Positions 18,829 to 31,004 of a DNA stretch of 64,000 nucleotides are shown piece after piece; positions within the stretch are counted from its first letter, which is position 1; every line of letters starts with the position of its first letter. Under the pieces are notes generated by a model, which was not told where the DNA came from, did no database searches, and was given only the letters and a program-made list of their open reading frames with translations. The translations under genes and the position numbers were made by a program. This stretch comes from an uncultured Actinomycetota bacterium. GTDB taxonomy: Bacteria > Actinomycetota > Actinomycetes > Propionibacteriales > Nocardioidaceae. The stretch spans positions 1,164,013-1,228,012 of the forward strand of contig CAWBNL010000004.1 of assembly GCA_963790155.1 (NCBI GenBank), in the 5' to 3' direction.

Positions 18829-19778
18829 GCCCCCTGCTCGAGCGCGCCGGCTCGTTGCTCGGGCCCAAGCACACGACGTACGTCGCCGCGCGGGTGTCGC
18901 CGGATGGCGACGAGGTCGTCGCGGTGGGGACCGACGAGCACGGCGACGTCGAGCTCGGGTCGGTGAGCAAGGGCCTCACCGGGTTCCTGTGGCGCGATGC
19001 GGTGGCCCGCTCGGAGATCGCCGCCGACGCCGTCCTCGGCGACCACCTCGCAGTGCCGGCGCGCATGAGCGGCATCGAGCTGTCGGCGCTCGCCACCCAC
19101 CGCTCGGGACTGCCCAGGATCGCTGGTGGGTCCGCCGTGGTCCGCCGGAGCTGGGAGCTGTGGCGCACGGGTCGCAACCCCTACCGCGAGGACCTGGCAG
19201 GCCTGCTCGTCCTGCTCGACGACGTCACGGTGGGCAAGGCGAAGCCCGCCTACTCCAACCTCGGCTTCCAGCTCCTCGGGCACGCGATCGCCTCCGCCGC
19301 ACAGACGTCGTATGCCGACCTCGTGGCGCAGCGCATCGCGCAGCCCCTCGGCCTCGCCGACACCTACGTCCCGATCTCCGACGACGAGCTGCGGCCGGGT
19401 GCCGTGACGGCACTCAATCGCGCGGGACGCGCGGTCGAACCCTGGGCCAACGAGGCCATCGCACCGGCGGGCGGGGTGCGCTCCTCAGTCGCGGACCTCG
19501 CAGTGTTGCTGAGGGCGATGCTGGATCGGAACGTGGCGGGTGCCGACGCGCTCGAGCCGACCACTGCGTTCATGGGCAAGATGCGGATCGGCGCGGGCTG
19601 GCTCACCGGGCCGATGCTGCGTCGCACCGTCACCTGGCACAACGGCGGCACCGGTGGGTTCCGCTCCTTCGTCGGGATCGACCGCGAGCGGGGCGTCGGG
19701 GTGGCGCTGGTCAGTGCGTCGACCCGCTCCGTGGACGGCGCTGCCGCCCGGCTGCTGGGCGAGTCGGAGGTCGCATGA
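18825..19778 (+). CDS. Serine hydrolase, beta-lactamase class C-like family
   Basis: GSVSK (SxxK), [21 protein letters not shown]; no signal peptide. Confidence 0.85.
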   Translation: MSPLLERAGSLLGPKHTTYVAARVSPDGDEVVAVGTDEHGDVELGSVSKGLTGFLWRDAVARSEIAADAVLGDHLAVPARMSGIELSALATHRSGLPRIAGGSAVVRRSWELWRTGRNPYREDLAGLLVLLDDVTVGKAKPAYSNLGFQLLGHAIASAAQTSYADLVAQRIAQPLGLADTYVPISDDELRPGAVTALNRAGRAVEPWANEAIAPAGGVRSSVADLAVLLRAMLDRNVAGADALEPTTAFMGKMRIGAGWLTGPMLRRTVTWHNGGTGGFRSFVGIDRERGVGVALVSASTRSVDGAAARLLGESEVA

Positions 19779-20755
19779 GCATCGCGACGGGAATCGGCTC
19801 GATGCCGGGCACGGACTTCGCCGAGTCCGTACGTCTCGTGCTGGGCGAGCTGCCCGACCTGCCGCACGTTCCCGAGCTGCCCGCCCGGGGGGTCACGGCG
19901 GCGATGACCGGGCGCGGACTGGCTGTCGTGGCGGGACTGGCGGCGGACCTGCAGCCGGCCGGCTGGAGACTGACCGACGCCAGCGGCATCGACCACCGAC
20001 GCGCTCGGTCGCTGCTCTCGCAGGACCTCGACACCCTCGAGGAGCTCGCCCAGGACTACACCGGGGCCTTCAAGGCCCAGGTGGCCGGTCCGTGGACACT
20101 GGCCGCGACGGTGGAGAAGCCTCGTGGTGACAAGGTACTCAGTGACCACGGTGCTCGCAGGGAGCTCGCGCAGGGCCTCGCCGAGGGCATCACCGTCCAC
20201 CTCGCCGACCTGCGACGCCGCCTGCGCGGCGTGGACCGATGGATCGTCCAGGTCGACGAGCCAGCCCTCGCTGCGGTCGTCAACGCGCAGGTGCCGACCG
20301 CGAGCGGGTTCGGGCGCCACCGGCGGGTCGACGCGCCGGAGGCCTCCGCCCATCTCGAGTGGGTGGTCTCCGCCATCACCGATGCCGGAGCCGAGGCGTG
20401 GGTCCACTCCTGCGCGGCGCAGACACCGTGGTCGCTGGTGGACGGGACCGGCGTGAGCGGCTTGTCGGCCGACTTCGACCAGCTGGGAGCACCCGACATG
20501 GACGTCCTCGCCGAGGCGCTGGAAGAGGGTCGTACGGCCGTGCTGGGCGTGGTGCCCTCCACTGGCCCGGCCTCCGAGCCGTCGGACGCCCGTCTGACCG
20601 AGCGGGTGCAACGCCTGCTCGACATGCTGGGCCTGGACCAGGAAGTCGTGCGCGAGCGGCTCGTCGTGACACCGGCCTGCGGCCTGGCGGGGGCGAGTGA
20701 CGACTGGGCGCGACAGGCGCTGCGCCTGTCGGCGACGGTGGCGCGCAACCTCTGA
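19775..20755 (+). CDS. Single-domain cobalamin-independent methionine synthase-like protein (Rv3015c-like)
   Basis: ATGIGSMPG, GPWTLAA, QVDEP, VHSCA (HxC), TPACGL. Confidence 0.8.
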   Translation: MSIATGIGSMPGTDFAESVRLVLGELPDLPHVPELPARGVTAAMTGRGLAVVAGLAADLQPAGWRLTDASGIDHRRARSLLSQDLDTLEELAQDYTGAFKAQVAGPWTLAATVEKPRGDKVLSDHGARRELAQGLAEGITVHLADLRRRLRGVDRWIVQVDEPALAAVVNAQVPTASGFGRHRRVDAPEASAHLEWVVSAITDAGAEAWVHSCAAQTPWSLVDGTGVSGLSADFDQLGAPDMDVLAEALEEGRTAVLGVVPSTGPASEPSDARLTERVQRLLDMLGLDQEVVRERLVVTPACGLAGASDDWARQALRLSATVARNL

Positions 20756-20782
20756 GGTCGCTCGCCCCCGCGATCGGTCGCC

Positions 20783-21421
20783 TCAGTGGCCGGTGTGGGG
20801 GACCTGCGCTCCGAGCACCTCGAGCGACAGGTCGATCGCCGCGTCGTGCCAGCGCTGCGAGCCGGTGAGCATGTAGTGGCCAAGGGCACCCATGTCCCGC
20901 AGGTCGGCACTGTCGGCCACGGATCGGGCGCGCTGGACGTAGCGGGTGGTCTCACGGAACGACGTGATCCTGTCCCGGCGGCCGTGCGCGGCCCTCAAGG
21001 TGCGGCCCGTGAGAGTCGAGACGGGGTCGTCGGCCGACCACCACGGAGCGAGACCGACGACGCCACGGACCGAGGGGTCGTCAGCGACGTGCACCGCCAC
21101 CCGTGCACCCATCGAGTGACCGAGCAGCACGACGGGGACGTCGCCGTGCGAGGCCCGCAGCTCGTCGAGGGCCCAGCGAGCGTCCGCAGCCCGCTCGGCG
21201 CCACCGTTCCAGCCGCGCTCGCGGTAGCGCAGGAGCCACACCCCGACCTGCGCCTGATGGGCCCGAGCGGCGATGTCGCGCTGGAGCCACAGGGCTCGGC
21301 GCCACGAGGCGCTGCGGCCGTCGATGCCCTGGTGGGAGCGCGGCTTGCCGCCGTGCAACACCAGGACCATCGCCCGGGTGGTCGCGGCCGGGTCGAGCTT
21401 GGTGAGGAGCGGATCGGTCAC
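20783..21421 (-). CDS. Alpha/beta hydrolase
   Basis: LVLHGG, GHSMG nucleophile elbow, HGRRDR, GH. Confidence 0.85.
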   Translation of the reverse strand: MTDPLLTKLDPAATTRAMVLVLHGGKPRSHQGIDGRSASWRRALWLQRDIAARAHQAQVGVWLLRYRERGWNGGAERAADARWALDELRASHGDVPVVLLGHSMGARVAVHVADDPSVRGVVGLAPWWSADDPVSTLTGRTLRAAHGRRDRITSFRETTRYVQRARSVADSADLRDMGALGHYMLTGSQRWHDAAIDLSLEVLGAQVPHTGH

Positions 21422-21456
21422 GACTGTCCTTCGGAGTGGAGGCGGACGACGGATGG

Positions 21457-21497
21457 GGGCGAGGGAGGCCGCCGTCGCCGGTGGTCCTCCCTCGCCC
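21457..21497 (-). terminator. Long inverted repeat downstream of MFS gene
   Basis: GGGCGAGGGAGG...CCTCCCTCGCCC. Confidence 0.55.
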
Positions 21498-21526
21498 GCC
21501 CGTCCCGCCCGAGACGGTGCGGTGGA

Positions 21527-23119
21527 TCAGTGCGCGCCGACGCCTTCGGGTCCGTCGGTGGCGAGCTCCTCGTGCTTGACGTCGAGGAAGACCCAGATCA
21601 CCACGGACGCGGCGAGCATCAGGATCGAGCCGACCAGGAAGGCGTTGGTCGAGCCCTCCGTGAAGATCTGCTGCTGAGCGATCTGCTGGAACCGCTCCAT
21701 CTGCTCGGGCGACAGCTGCGGAAGGTTGGCCCCGGCCGCGGCGAACTCCTTGCCCCGGTCGGTGAACGTCTGGGTGGCCACCGTGGCCAGGACGGCGAGG
21801 CCGAGCGCCCCGCCGACCTGCTGCGCGGTGTTGAGCACGCCCGAGCCGATGCCGGACTCCTCGGCGCGAAGGTGGTGGACGGCCGTCAGCGTGACGGGCA
21901 CGAACGTGAGCCCCATGCCGAAGGCCATCATGATGATGAAGGGCATGATGTCGGTGACATAGGTGCCGGCGAGGTCGCTGGGCGGGAACGACGTGTCGTA
22001 GGGCAGCCGCGAGAACCCGAACAGCGCGCCCCCGGCGATCAGCGTACCGACGCCGGCGATGAAGCGCGGGTCGATCCGGTTGACCAGGTGGGAGGCCAAC
22101 CCGGCGCCGACGACGATGCCGACGGTGAAGGGCAGGAACGCGACGCCGGCCTTGAGGGGGCTGTAGCCCATGACGTTCTGGATGTATTGGCTGAGGAAGT
22201 AGAACATTGCGAACATCGCGGCCGGGGCGAGGAACATCGCCACGAAGCTGGCGGCCCGGGTGCGGTTGGTGAAGATCCGGAACGGCAGCAGCGGGTGCTC
22301 CACCCGGCTCTCGACGAACCCGAAGACCACGAGCAGCGCGACACCGACAACGAGGCTGCTGACGGTGATGGAGTCGCCCCACCCTTCGGTGCCGGCGCGG
22401 GACAGGCCGTAGACGACGCCGAGCAGTCCCAGGGTGGCGGTGACGGCACCGGGGAGGTCGAGCTCGCCGGGGTGGGACTCGGACTCGTTGAGGAAGCGCG
22501 GGGCGAGCAGCGCCGCGGCGAGGCCGATCGGGACGTTGATGAGGAAGGTGAAACGCCAGCCGTCGACGACGATGCCCAGGATCTCCGGCGAGGTGCCGGT
22601 CAGCCAGCCACCGAGGATCAGGCCGACGGCGGCGCCGGCGCCCGACATCGCGGCGTAGACCGCGAACGCACGGTTGCGCGCCGGGCCGGCCGGGAACGTC
22701 GTGGTGATCAGCGCGAGAGCAGCGGGGGAGGCCAGCGCGGCGCCGAGGCCCTGCAGGCCCCGCGCTGCCAGCAGCAGCGGCTCGTTGGTGGCGAACCCGC
22801 CGAGGAGCGAGGCCACCGCGAAGATCGCGAGGCCGATCATGAAGACCTTGCGGCGGCCGTAGAGGTCGCCGAGGCGTCCGCCCAGCAGCAGCAGGCTGCC
22901 GAAGGCCAGGGCGTAGCCGGTCACGATCCAGGGGAGGTTGGCGTTGCTGATCTCGAGATCGATCTGGATGTAGGGGAGCGCGATGTTGGCGATGGTGGCG
23001 TCGAGCACGACCATCAGCTGCGCGATCGAGATCAGGACCAGGGCCCAGGTCAGGTTGATCTCACGCTGCGGCGGCGTCGCCGCCCCGGACACTGAGGCGG
23101 TGCTGGTGGTGTCGGTCAT
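21527..23119 (-). CDS. MFS drug:H+ antiporter, DHA2 (14-TM) family
   Basis: LDATIANIALP, GGRLGDLYGRR, WRFTFLINVPIG. Confidence 0.92.
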   Translation of the reverse strand: MTDTTSTASVSGAATPPQREINLTWALVLISIAQLMVVLDATIANIALPYIQIDLEISNANLPWIVTGYALAFGSLLLLGGRLGDLYGRRKVFMIGLAIFAVASLLGGFATNEPLLLAARGLQGLGAALASPAALALITTTFPAGPARNRAFAVYAAMSGAGAAVGLILGGWLTGTSPEILGIVVDGWRFTFLINVPIGLAAALLAPRFLNESESHPGELDLPGAVTATLGLLGVVYGLSRAGTEGWGDSITVSSLVVGVALLVVFGFVESRVEHPLLPFRIFTNRTRAASFVAMFLAPAAMFAMFYFLSQYIQNVMGYSPLKAGVAFLPFTVGIVVGAGLASHLVNRIDPRFIAGVGTLIAGGALFGFSRLPYDTSFPPSDLAGTYVTDIMPFIIMMAFGMGLTFVPVTLTAVHHLRAEESGIGSGVLNTAQQVGGALGLAVLATVATQTFTDRGKEFAAAGANLPQLSPEQMERFQQIAQQQIFTEGSTNAFLVGSILMLAASVVIWVFLDVKHEELATDGPEGVGAH

Positions 23120-23186
23120 GGGGTTCCTTCACGAGAGCGGTCAGTACGAGTGGATCAGGGGGGTCCGACAGTGGGTCGGACCGTGG

Positions 23187-23783
23187 TCAGGCGATGGGGC
23201 CGTGGAGAGCGGCAGGGAGGACGACCTCGTCGAGCACGCGGCCGACGAGCTCCGGGGTGACCTGCTCCCCGAGGAGGAACACGCGGTGCAGGATGATCCC
23301 GGCCAGGGACGGGGCGAGGACGGAGAGGTCGACCTCGGGGTGGACCTCGCCGCGCTGGCGGGCGCGCTCGTAGATCACGCGCGACGAGGCGATCTTGGGG
23401 TTGACGAAGTCGCGTCGGTAGACCTCGGCGAACTCGGGGTCGCGTCCCATCGCGATCACGACGGCAGCCAGCACGGACTGGGCCAGCGGGTCGCCGAGCC
23501 CGCCGGAGCCGCAGTAGGCAGCCAGCAGGTCGCCGCGGAGGGTGCCTGTGTCGGGGACGACCGGCTCGCCCTTGCGGGACAGGATGGCCGCGACCACCAG
23601 CTCGGGCTTGCCGTTCCAACGACGGTAGAGCGTGGCCTTGGACGCCTTCGCACGCGCCGCGACCGCGTCCATCGTGAGCAGGTCGTAGCCGACCTCCGCC
23701 AGGATCGCCAGCGTGGCGTCGAAGATCTCCAGCTCGCGCTCGCCCTCGACCCGGGGGCGGGTGCCGGTCTCGGTCGAGGTCAC
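23187..23783 (-). CDS. TetR/AcrR family regulator
   Basis: LTMDAVAARAKASKATLYRRW HTH; PDTGTLRGDL. Confidence 0.92.
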   Translation of the reverse strand: MTSTETGTRPRVEGERELEIFDATLAILAEVGYDLLTMDAVAARAKASKATLYRRWNGKPELVVAAILSRKGEPVVPDTGTLRGDLLAAYCGSGGLGDPLAQSVLAAVVIAMGRDPEFAEVYRRDFVNPKIASSRVIYERARQRGEVHPEVDLSVLAPSLAGIILHRVFLLGEQVTPELVGRVLDEVVLPAALHGPIA

Positions 23784-23824
23784 GGTGCTCCTTCTCAGTG
23801 CTCGGGTGATCATCGTCACGATGA

Positions 23825-23841
23825 AACGAAACTGTTTCGTT
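23825..23841. promoter_or_regulatory. Palindromic putative TetR operator
   Basis: AACGAAAC-T-GTTTCGTT perfect AT-rich inverted repeat upstream of tetR-MFS. Confidence 0.7.
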
Positions 23842-23865
23842 CTCCTGAACTGGTCATCCCTCTGA

Positions 23866-26109
<2,244 letters not shown>

Positions 26110-26177
26110 CCTGGCGAGGTGTGCCGGGCGCATGATGTGGTGACCAGCACCTGATCGACACATCCTCGGGAGTCAGC

Positions 26178-27422
26178 ATGCGCCTCACCCGTTCACTCGT
26201 CCCGGTCCTCGTCGCGGCAGGTCTCGCGGGTCCCCTCGCGTTGGTGCCCTCGGCGCAGGCGGCGGCAGCCACCTGCGCAGGTGTGAGGGCGACCATCGTC
26301 GGCAACGCCAGGGCCAACACCATCACGGGCACCACCGGACGCGACGTCATCGTCGCCCGAGGTGGCAACGACAGGATCCGCGGGCTCGGCGGCAACGACC
26401 TGATCTGCGGCGGTGACGGCGCTGACACGATCCTCGGCGGCGACGGGGACGACAAGATCTGGGGCGAGCTCGACGCGGTCCGGATCGACCCGTTCGGTCG
26501 GGTGGTGAAGAAGGGCGACTCGATCTCGGGTGGCGCCGGCAACGACACCATCGACCTGGGCTACGACGCCCGCCCGGCCGCGGAGGGCACCGACGTGCTG
26601 CTCGACGGTGTCTCCTACGCCCGCGCATCCGCGGCCGTCGTGGTCGACTTCCGCGCCGCGAGCACCGTCCCGATCGCCGCGGAGGGCAACGACACCGTGA
26701 CCGGCTTCAACGGCGGCATCCGGATCGTCGGATCGCCGCTGGGCGACACGATCAAGGGCACCAACTCGGCGGACGTCATCACTGTTCGCGGAGGAGACGA
26801 CACCGTGTTCGGTCGCGGAGGCGACGACACGATCGCGGCCGACACGGGTGTCCTCCTGGGCAACGACCGCCTCTACGGAGAGGCAGGTGACGACGTCCTG
26901 ACCGGCAGCGTGGGCGCGGACCTGTTCGTCGGCGGTACCGGCGAGGACGTGCTCACCTCGACGTCCGAGCTCCACCAGTCCTTCCGCGGTGGCGGTGGCG
27001 GCGACACGATCACCTTCCCGATCCCGGGGGAGTCGGGGTTCGTGGCCAAGGGCTACGCCGGCCAGGACAAGCTGCGTCTGCTGCCCAACTCCAACCCCGC
27101 GATCAAGCCGACCGTGCGCCTCGACCAGCTCGGCAGGACCCGGATCAGTGACCTGCCGTTCTCGATCGAGGGGAGGATCACCGGCTTCAGCGACGTCCTC
27201 CTGCCAGCCCGCGCCACCACGATCTTCAAGGGCAGCAACGACTCCGAGATCATCACCGCCCACCCCGACTACCGCGTGATGATCTACGGCCGCGGCGGTG
27301 CCGACGTGATGACCGGCTCGAACGAGCCCGACCGCCTCGACGGCGGCACGGGCTTCGACATCGCCCGTGGTCGCAGGGGCAACGACACCTGCAAGGCGGC
27401 CGAGAAGCGCTCGAGCTGCTGA
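26178..27422 (+). CDS. Secreted calcium-binding RTX-like repeat protein
   Basis: Sec-type signal peptide (AQA), many GGxGxD nonapeptides. Confidence 0.85.
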   Translation: MRLTRSLVPVLVAAGLAGPLALVPSAQAAAATCAGVRATIVGNARANTITGTTGRDVIVARGGNDRIRGLGGNDLICGGDGADTILGGDGDDKIWGELDAVRIDPFGRVVKKGDSISGGAGNDTIDLGYDARPAAEGTDVLLDGVSYARASAAVVVDFRAASTVPIAAEGNDTVTGFNGGIRIVGSPLGDTIKGTNSADVITVRGGDDTVFGRGGDDTIAADTGVLLGNDRLYGEAGDDVLTGSVGADLFVGGTGEDVLTSTSELHQSFRGGGGGDTITFPIPGESGFVAKGYAGQDKLRLLPNSNPAIKPTVRLDQLGRTRISDLPFSIEGRITGFSDVLLPARATTIFKGSNDSEIITAHPDYRVMIYGRGGADVMTGSNEPDRLDGGTGFDIARGRRGNDTCKAAEKRSSC

Positions 27423-27464
27423 CCCGGGGGGAGCGGCGCGGGGACTTTCCCTAAGATCGACCCC

Positions 27465-27764
27465 ATGCCCGAGATCACTAGGCAGGAAGTGGCCCACCTG
27501 GCCACCCTCGCCCGCATCGACCTCTCCGACGCCGAGCTCGACCACCTGGCGCCGCAGCTCAGCGTCATCCTCGAGTCCGTCGCGTCCATCACCGGTGTCG
27601 CGGGGGACGACGTGCCGCCCACGTCGCACGCGATCCCCCTGACCAACGTGTTCCGCGAGGACGTCGTGGTGCCCGGCCTCACGGCCGAGGAGGCGCTGTC
27701 GGGAGCTCCCGCCGCGGAGGGCAATCGCTTCTCGGTCCCGCGGATCCTGGGCGAGGAGGCCTGA
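27465..27764 (+). CDS. gatC: Asp/Glu-tRNA amidotransferase subunit C
   Basis: [11 protein letters not shown]...FSVPRIL. Confidence 0.96.
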   Translation: MPEITRQEVAHLATLARIDLSDAELDHLAPQLSVILESVASITGVAGDDVPPTSHAIPLTNVFREDVVVPGLTAEEALSGAPAAEGNRFSVPRILGEEA

Positions 27765-29332
27765 TGACCGCGCAGCCCCACCTCACCTCGACCGCGGCCA
27801 CCATGGCCGAGGACCTCGCCGCGGGCCGCGTCACGTCGGCCCAGCTCACCGAGGCCCACCTGGACCGCATCGACGCCGTCGACACCGCTGCGGACGGGCG
27901 CGGCATCCATGCCTTCCTGCACGTCGACCGCCAAGGTGCTCTCACCCAGGCCGCCGAGTCCGACGCCCGCCGGGCCCGCGGTGAGGCACGCGGCGCGCTG
28001 GATGGCGTACCGATCGCGGTCAAGGACGTGCTCGCGACCCGCGGGCTGCCCACGACGTGCGGGTCCAGGATCCTCCAGGGCTGGATCCCTCCCTACGACG
28101 CCACGGTGGTGCAGCGGCTCCGAGTGGCCGGGCTGCCGATCCTGGGCAAGACCAACATGGACGAGTTCGCGATGGGTTCGTCCACCGAGCACTCCGCCTA
28201 CGGCCCGACCCGCAACCCCTGGGACCTCGACCGGATCCCCGGCGGGTCCGGCGGCGGCTCGGCCGCGGCGGTCGCGTCCTTCCAGGCCCCGCTCGCCATC
28301 GGCACCGACACCGGCGGATCGATCCGCCAGCCGGGCGCGGTCACCGGCACCGTCGGCGTCAAGCCGACCTACGGCGGCGTGTCCCGCTACGGTCTGGTCG
28401 CGCTGGCCAACAGCCTCGACCAGGCGGGTCCCGTCACCCGCAGCGTGCTCGACTCAGCGCTGCTGCACGACATCATCGGCGGCCACGACCTGCGCGACTC
28501 GACCTCGATCGAGCACGACTGGCCCTCCTTCGCCGAGGCCGCCACCCACGGTGCCTCCGGCGACCTGACGGGCGTCACGGTGGGAGTCATCACCGAGCTG
28601 GCGGGCGACGGCTGGCAGCCGGGTGTGATGGCCCGCTTCGGTGAGTCGCTCGAGCTGCTGGTCAAGGCCGGTGCCGAGGTCGTGGAGGTGTCGTGCCCGT
28701 CCTTCGTGCACGCCCTGGCCGCCTACTACCTGATCCTCCCGGCGGAGGCGTCCAGCAACCTCGCGAAGTTCGACGCGATGCGCTTCGGCCTGCGCGTCAC
28801 CCCCGACGGCAGCCCGTCGGCCGAGGACGTCATGCGCGCGACCCGCGACGCGGGCTTCGGGGACGAGGTCAAGCGCCGCATCATCCTCGGCACCTACGCG
28901 CTGTCCAGCGGCTACTACGACGCCTACTACGGCCAGGCGCAGAAGGTGCGCACCCTCATCAGCCGCGACTTCGCCGCCGCCTTCGACAGCGTCGACGTGC
29001 TGGCCTCCCCGACGGCGCCGACCACGGCGTTCAAGCTGGGCGAGAAGCTCGACGACCCGATGGCGATGTACCTCAACGACCTCGCCACCATCCCCGCCAA
29101 CCTCGCCGGCGTGCCGGGCATCTCGGTGCCCAACGGTCTCGCCGACGAGGACGGCCTGCCCAGCGGCTTCCAGCTCCTCGCCCCGGCGCTGGCCGACGAC
29201 CGGCTCTACCGGGTCGGCGCCGCGCTCGAGGCGATGCACGAGGAGCAGTGGGGCGGGCCGTTGCTCGAGCGGGCGCCGGGGCTGGAGACCCGCTCCGCTC
29301 CCACCTCCACCAGCGAAGGGCAGACGCGATGA
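27764..29332 (+). CDS. gatA: Asp/Glu-tRNA amidotransferase subunit A
   Basis: [31 protein letters not shown]. Confidence 0.97.
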   Translation: MTAQPHLTSTAATMAEDLAAGRVTSAQLTEAHLDRIDAVDTAADGRGIHAFLHVDRQGALTQAAESDARRARGEARGALDGVPIAVKDVLATRGLPTTCGSRILQGWIPPYDATVVQRLRVAGLPILGKTNMDEFAMGSSTEHSAYGPTRNPWDLDRIPGGSGGGSAAAVASFQAPLAIGTDTGGSIRQPGAVTGTVGVKPTYGGVSRYGLVALANSLDQAGPVTRSVLDSALLHDIIGGHDLRDSTSIEHDWPSFAEAATHGASGDLTGVTVGVITELAGDGWQPGVMARFGESLELLVKAGAEVVEVSCPSFVHALAAYYLILPAEASSNLAKFDAMRFGLRVTPDGSPSAEDVMRATRDAGFGDEVKRRIILGTYALSSGYYDAYYGQAQKVRTLISRDFAAAFDSVDVLASPTAPTTAFKLGEKLDDPMAMYLNDLATIPANLAGVPGISVPNGLADEDGLPSGFQLLAPALADDRLYRVGAALEAMHEEQWGGPLLERAPGLETRSAPTSTSEGQTR

Positions 29333-30837
29333 GCGATCACCTGATGTCCTACGACGACGTGCTGGCCGGCTTCGACCCGGCCATCGGCCTCGAGGTGCAC
29401 GTCGAGCTCAACACCGCGTCGAAGATGTTCTGCGGCTGCCCGGCAACCTTCGGCGGTGAGCCCAACGCGGGCGTGTGCCCGACGTGCCTGGGGCTGCCGG
29501 GCGCGATGCCGGTGGTCAACGCGAAGGCCGTGGAGTCGGCCATCCGGATCGGACTGGCGCTCAACTGCGACATCGCCGAGTGGTGCCGCTTCGCCCGGAA
29601 GAACTACTTCTACCCGGACATGCCGAAGAACTTCCAGACCTCGCAGTACGACGAGCCGATCTGCTTCGACGGCTACATGGACGTCTCGGTGCCCACCGAG
29701 GACGGCGGCGAGGAGATCGTCCGCGTCGAGATCGAGCGCGCCCACATGGAGGAGGACACCGGCAAGTCGCTGCACGTCGGCGGTGCCACCGGTCGCATCC
29801 ACGGCGCCGACTACTCGCTCGTCGACTACAACCGCGCCGGCATCCCGCTCATCGAGATCGTCACCCGCCCGATCATGGGGGCCGGGGCCCGGGCTCCCGA
29901 GGTCGCGAAGGCCTACGTCGCCCAGCTCCGCGAGCTGATCGTCGCACTCGGCGTCTCCGAGGCGCGGATGGACCAGGGCAACCTGCGCGCGGACGTCAAC
30001 CTGTCGCTGGCGCCGAAGGACAGCGGTGCGCTCGGCACCCGCACCGAGACCAAGAACGTCAACTCGTTCCGCTCGGTCGAGCGCGCGGTGCGCTACGAGA
30101 TGCAGCGTCACGGCGCGATCCTGGGCGAGGGCGGCTCGATCCTGCAGGAGACCCGCCACTGGCACGAGGACACCGGGGTCACGACGAGTGGTCGCGAGAA
30201 GTCCGACGCGGAGGACTACCGCTACTTCCCCGAGCCGGACCTGGTGCCGGTCGCGCCGAGCCGTGAGTGGGTCGAGGAGCTGCGCACGACGCTGCCGGAG
30301 AACCCGACCGTACGACGCTCCCGGCTGCAGAGCGCGTGGGGCTTCACCGACATGGAGATGCGCGACACCGTGGGCGCGGGGGCGCTCGGGCTGGTCGAGG
30401 AGACCATCGCCGAGGGTGCCGCGCCGCAGGCCGCGCGCAAGTGGTGGCTCGGCGAGCTCGCCCGCCGCAGCAACGAGGACGGCGTCGACATCGTCGACCT
30501 CCCGATCACGCCCGCCCAGGTCGCCCGCATCCAGGCGCTGGTCGATGACAGGACGCTCAACGACAAGCTCGCCCGGCAGGTCTTCGAGGGTGTCCTGGCA
30601 GGGGAGGGCGCCCCCGACGAGGTCGTCGAGAGCCGCGGGCTCGCGGTGGTCTCCGACGACGGCGCGCTCGGTGCCGCGGTGGACACCGCGATCGCCGCCA
30701 ACCCCGAGGTCGCCGAGAAGATCCGCGACGGCAAGCACGCTGCCGCCGGCGCCCTGATCGGTGCGGTGATGAAGCAGATGCGCGGACAGGCCGACGCCGG
30801 GCGGGTGCGCGAGCTGATCCTCCAGAGACTGGCCTGA
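29329..30837 (+). CDS. gatB: Asp/Glu-tRNA amidotransferase subunit B
   Basis: [35 protein letters not shown]. Confidence 0.97.
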   Translation: MSDHLMSYDDVLAGFDPAIGLEVHVELNTASKMFCGCPATFGGEPNAGVCPTCLGLPGAMPVVNAKAVESAIRIGLALNCDIAEWCRFARKNYFYPDMPKNFQTSQYDEPICFDGYMDVSVPTEDGGEEIVRVEIERAHMEEDTGKSLHVGGATGRIHGADYSLVDYNRAGIPLIEIVTRPIMGAGARAPEVAKAYVAQLRELIVALGVSEARMDQGNLRADVNLSLAPKDSGALGTRTETKNVNSFRSVERAVRYEMQRHGAILGEGGSILQETRHWHEDTGVTTSGREKSDAEDYRYFPEPDLVPVAPSREWVEELRTTLPENPTVRRSRLQSAWGFTDMEMRDTVGAGALGLVEETIAEGAAPQAARKWWLGELARRSNEDGVDIVDLPITPAQVARIQALVDDRTLNDKLARQVFEGVLAGEGAPDEVVESRGLAVVSDDGALGAAVDTAIAANPEVAEKIRDGKHAAAGALIGAVMKQMRGQADAGRVRELILQRLA

Positions 30838-31004
30838 GGGGCACCCCCCCTGCGCGCCTCGGGCGGTCCAGACAACTTGTTAGGGTGCTCGTGAGTCACA
30901 TGGGTCACATCGCCAACCACACGCTCGCACCACCACGGGGGACGGCCAGGCCGTCGACGGCATCGATGTCGTCGTGCCCTCGGCCCGCGAGCGGGAAGGA
31001 AGTC

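Noticed and set aside
18825-19778. Beta-lactam resistance gene
   Set aside because: No signal peptide; the motifs fit the broad esterase/serine hydrolase family.
30889-30910. CRP/GlxR site upstream of barrel paralog 1
   Set aside because: Only the TCACA half matches; the left half is poor.
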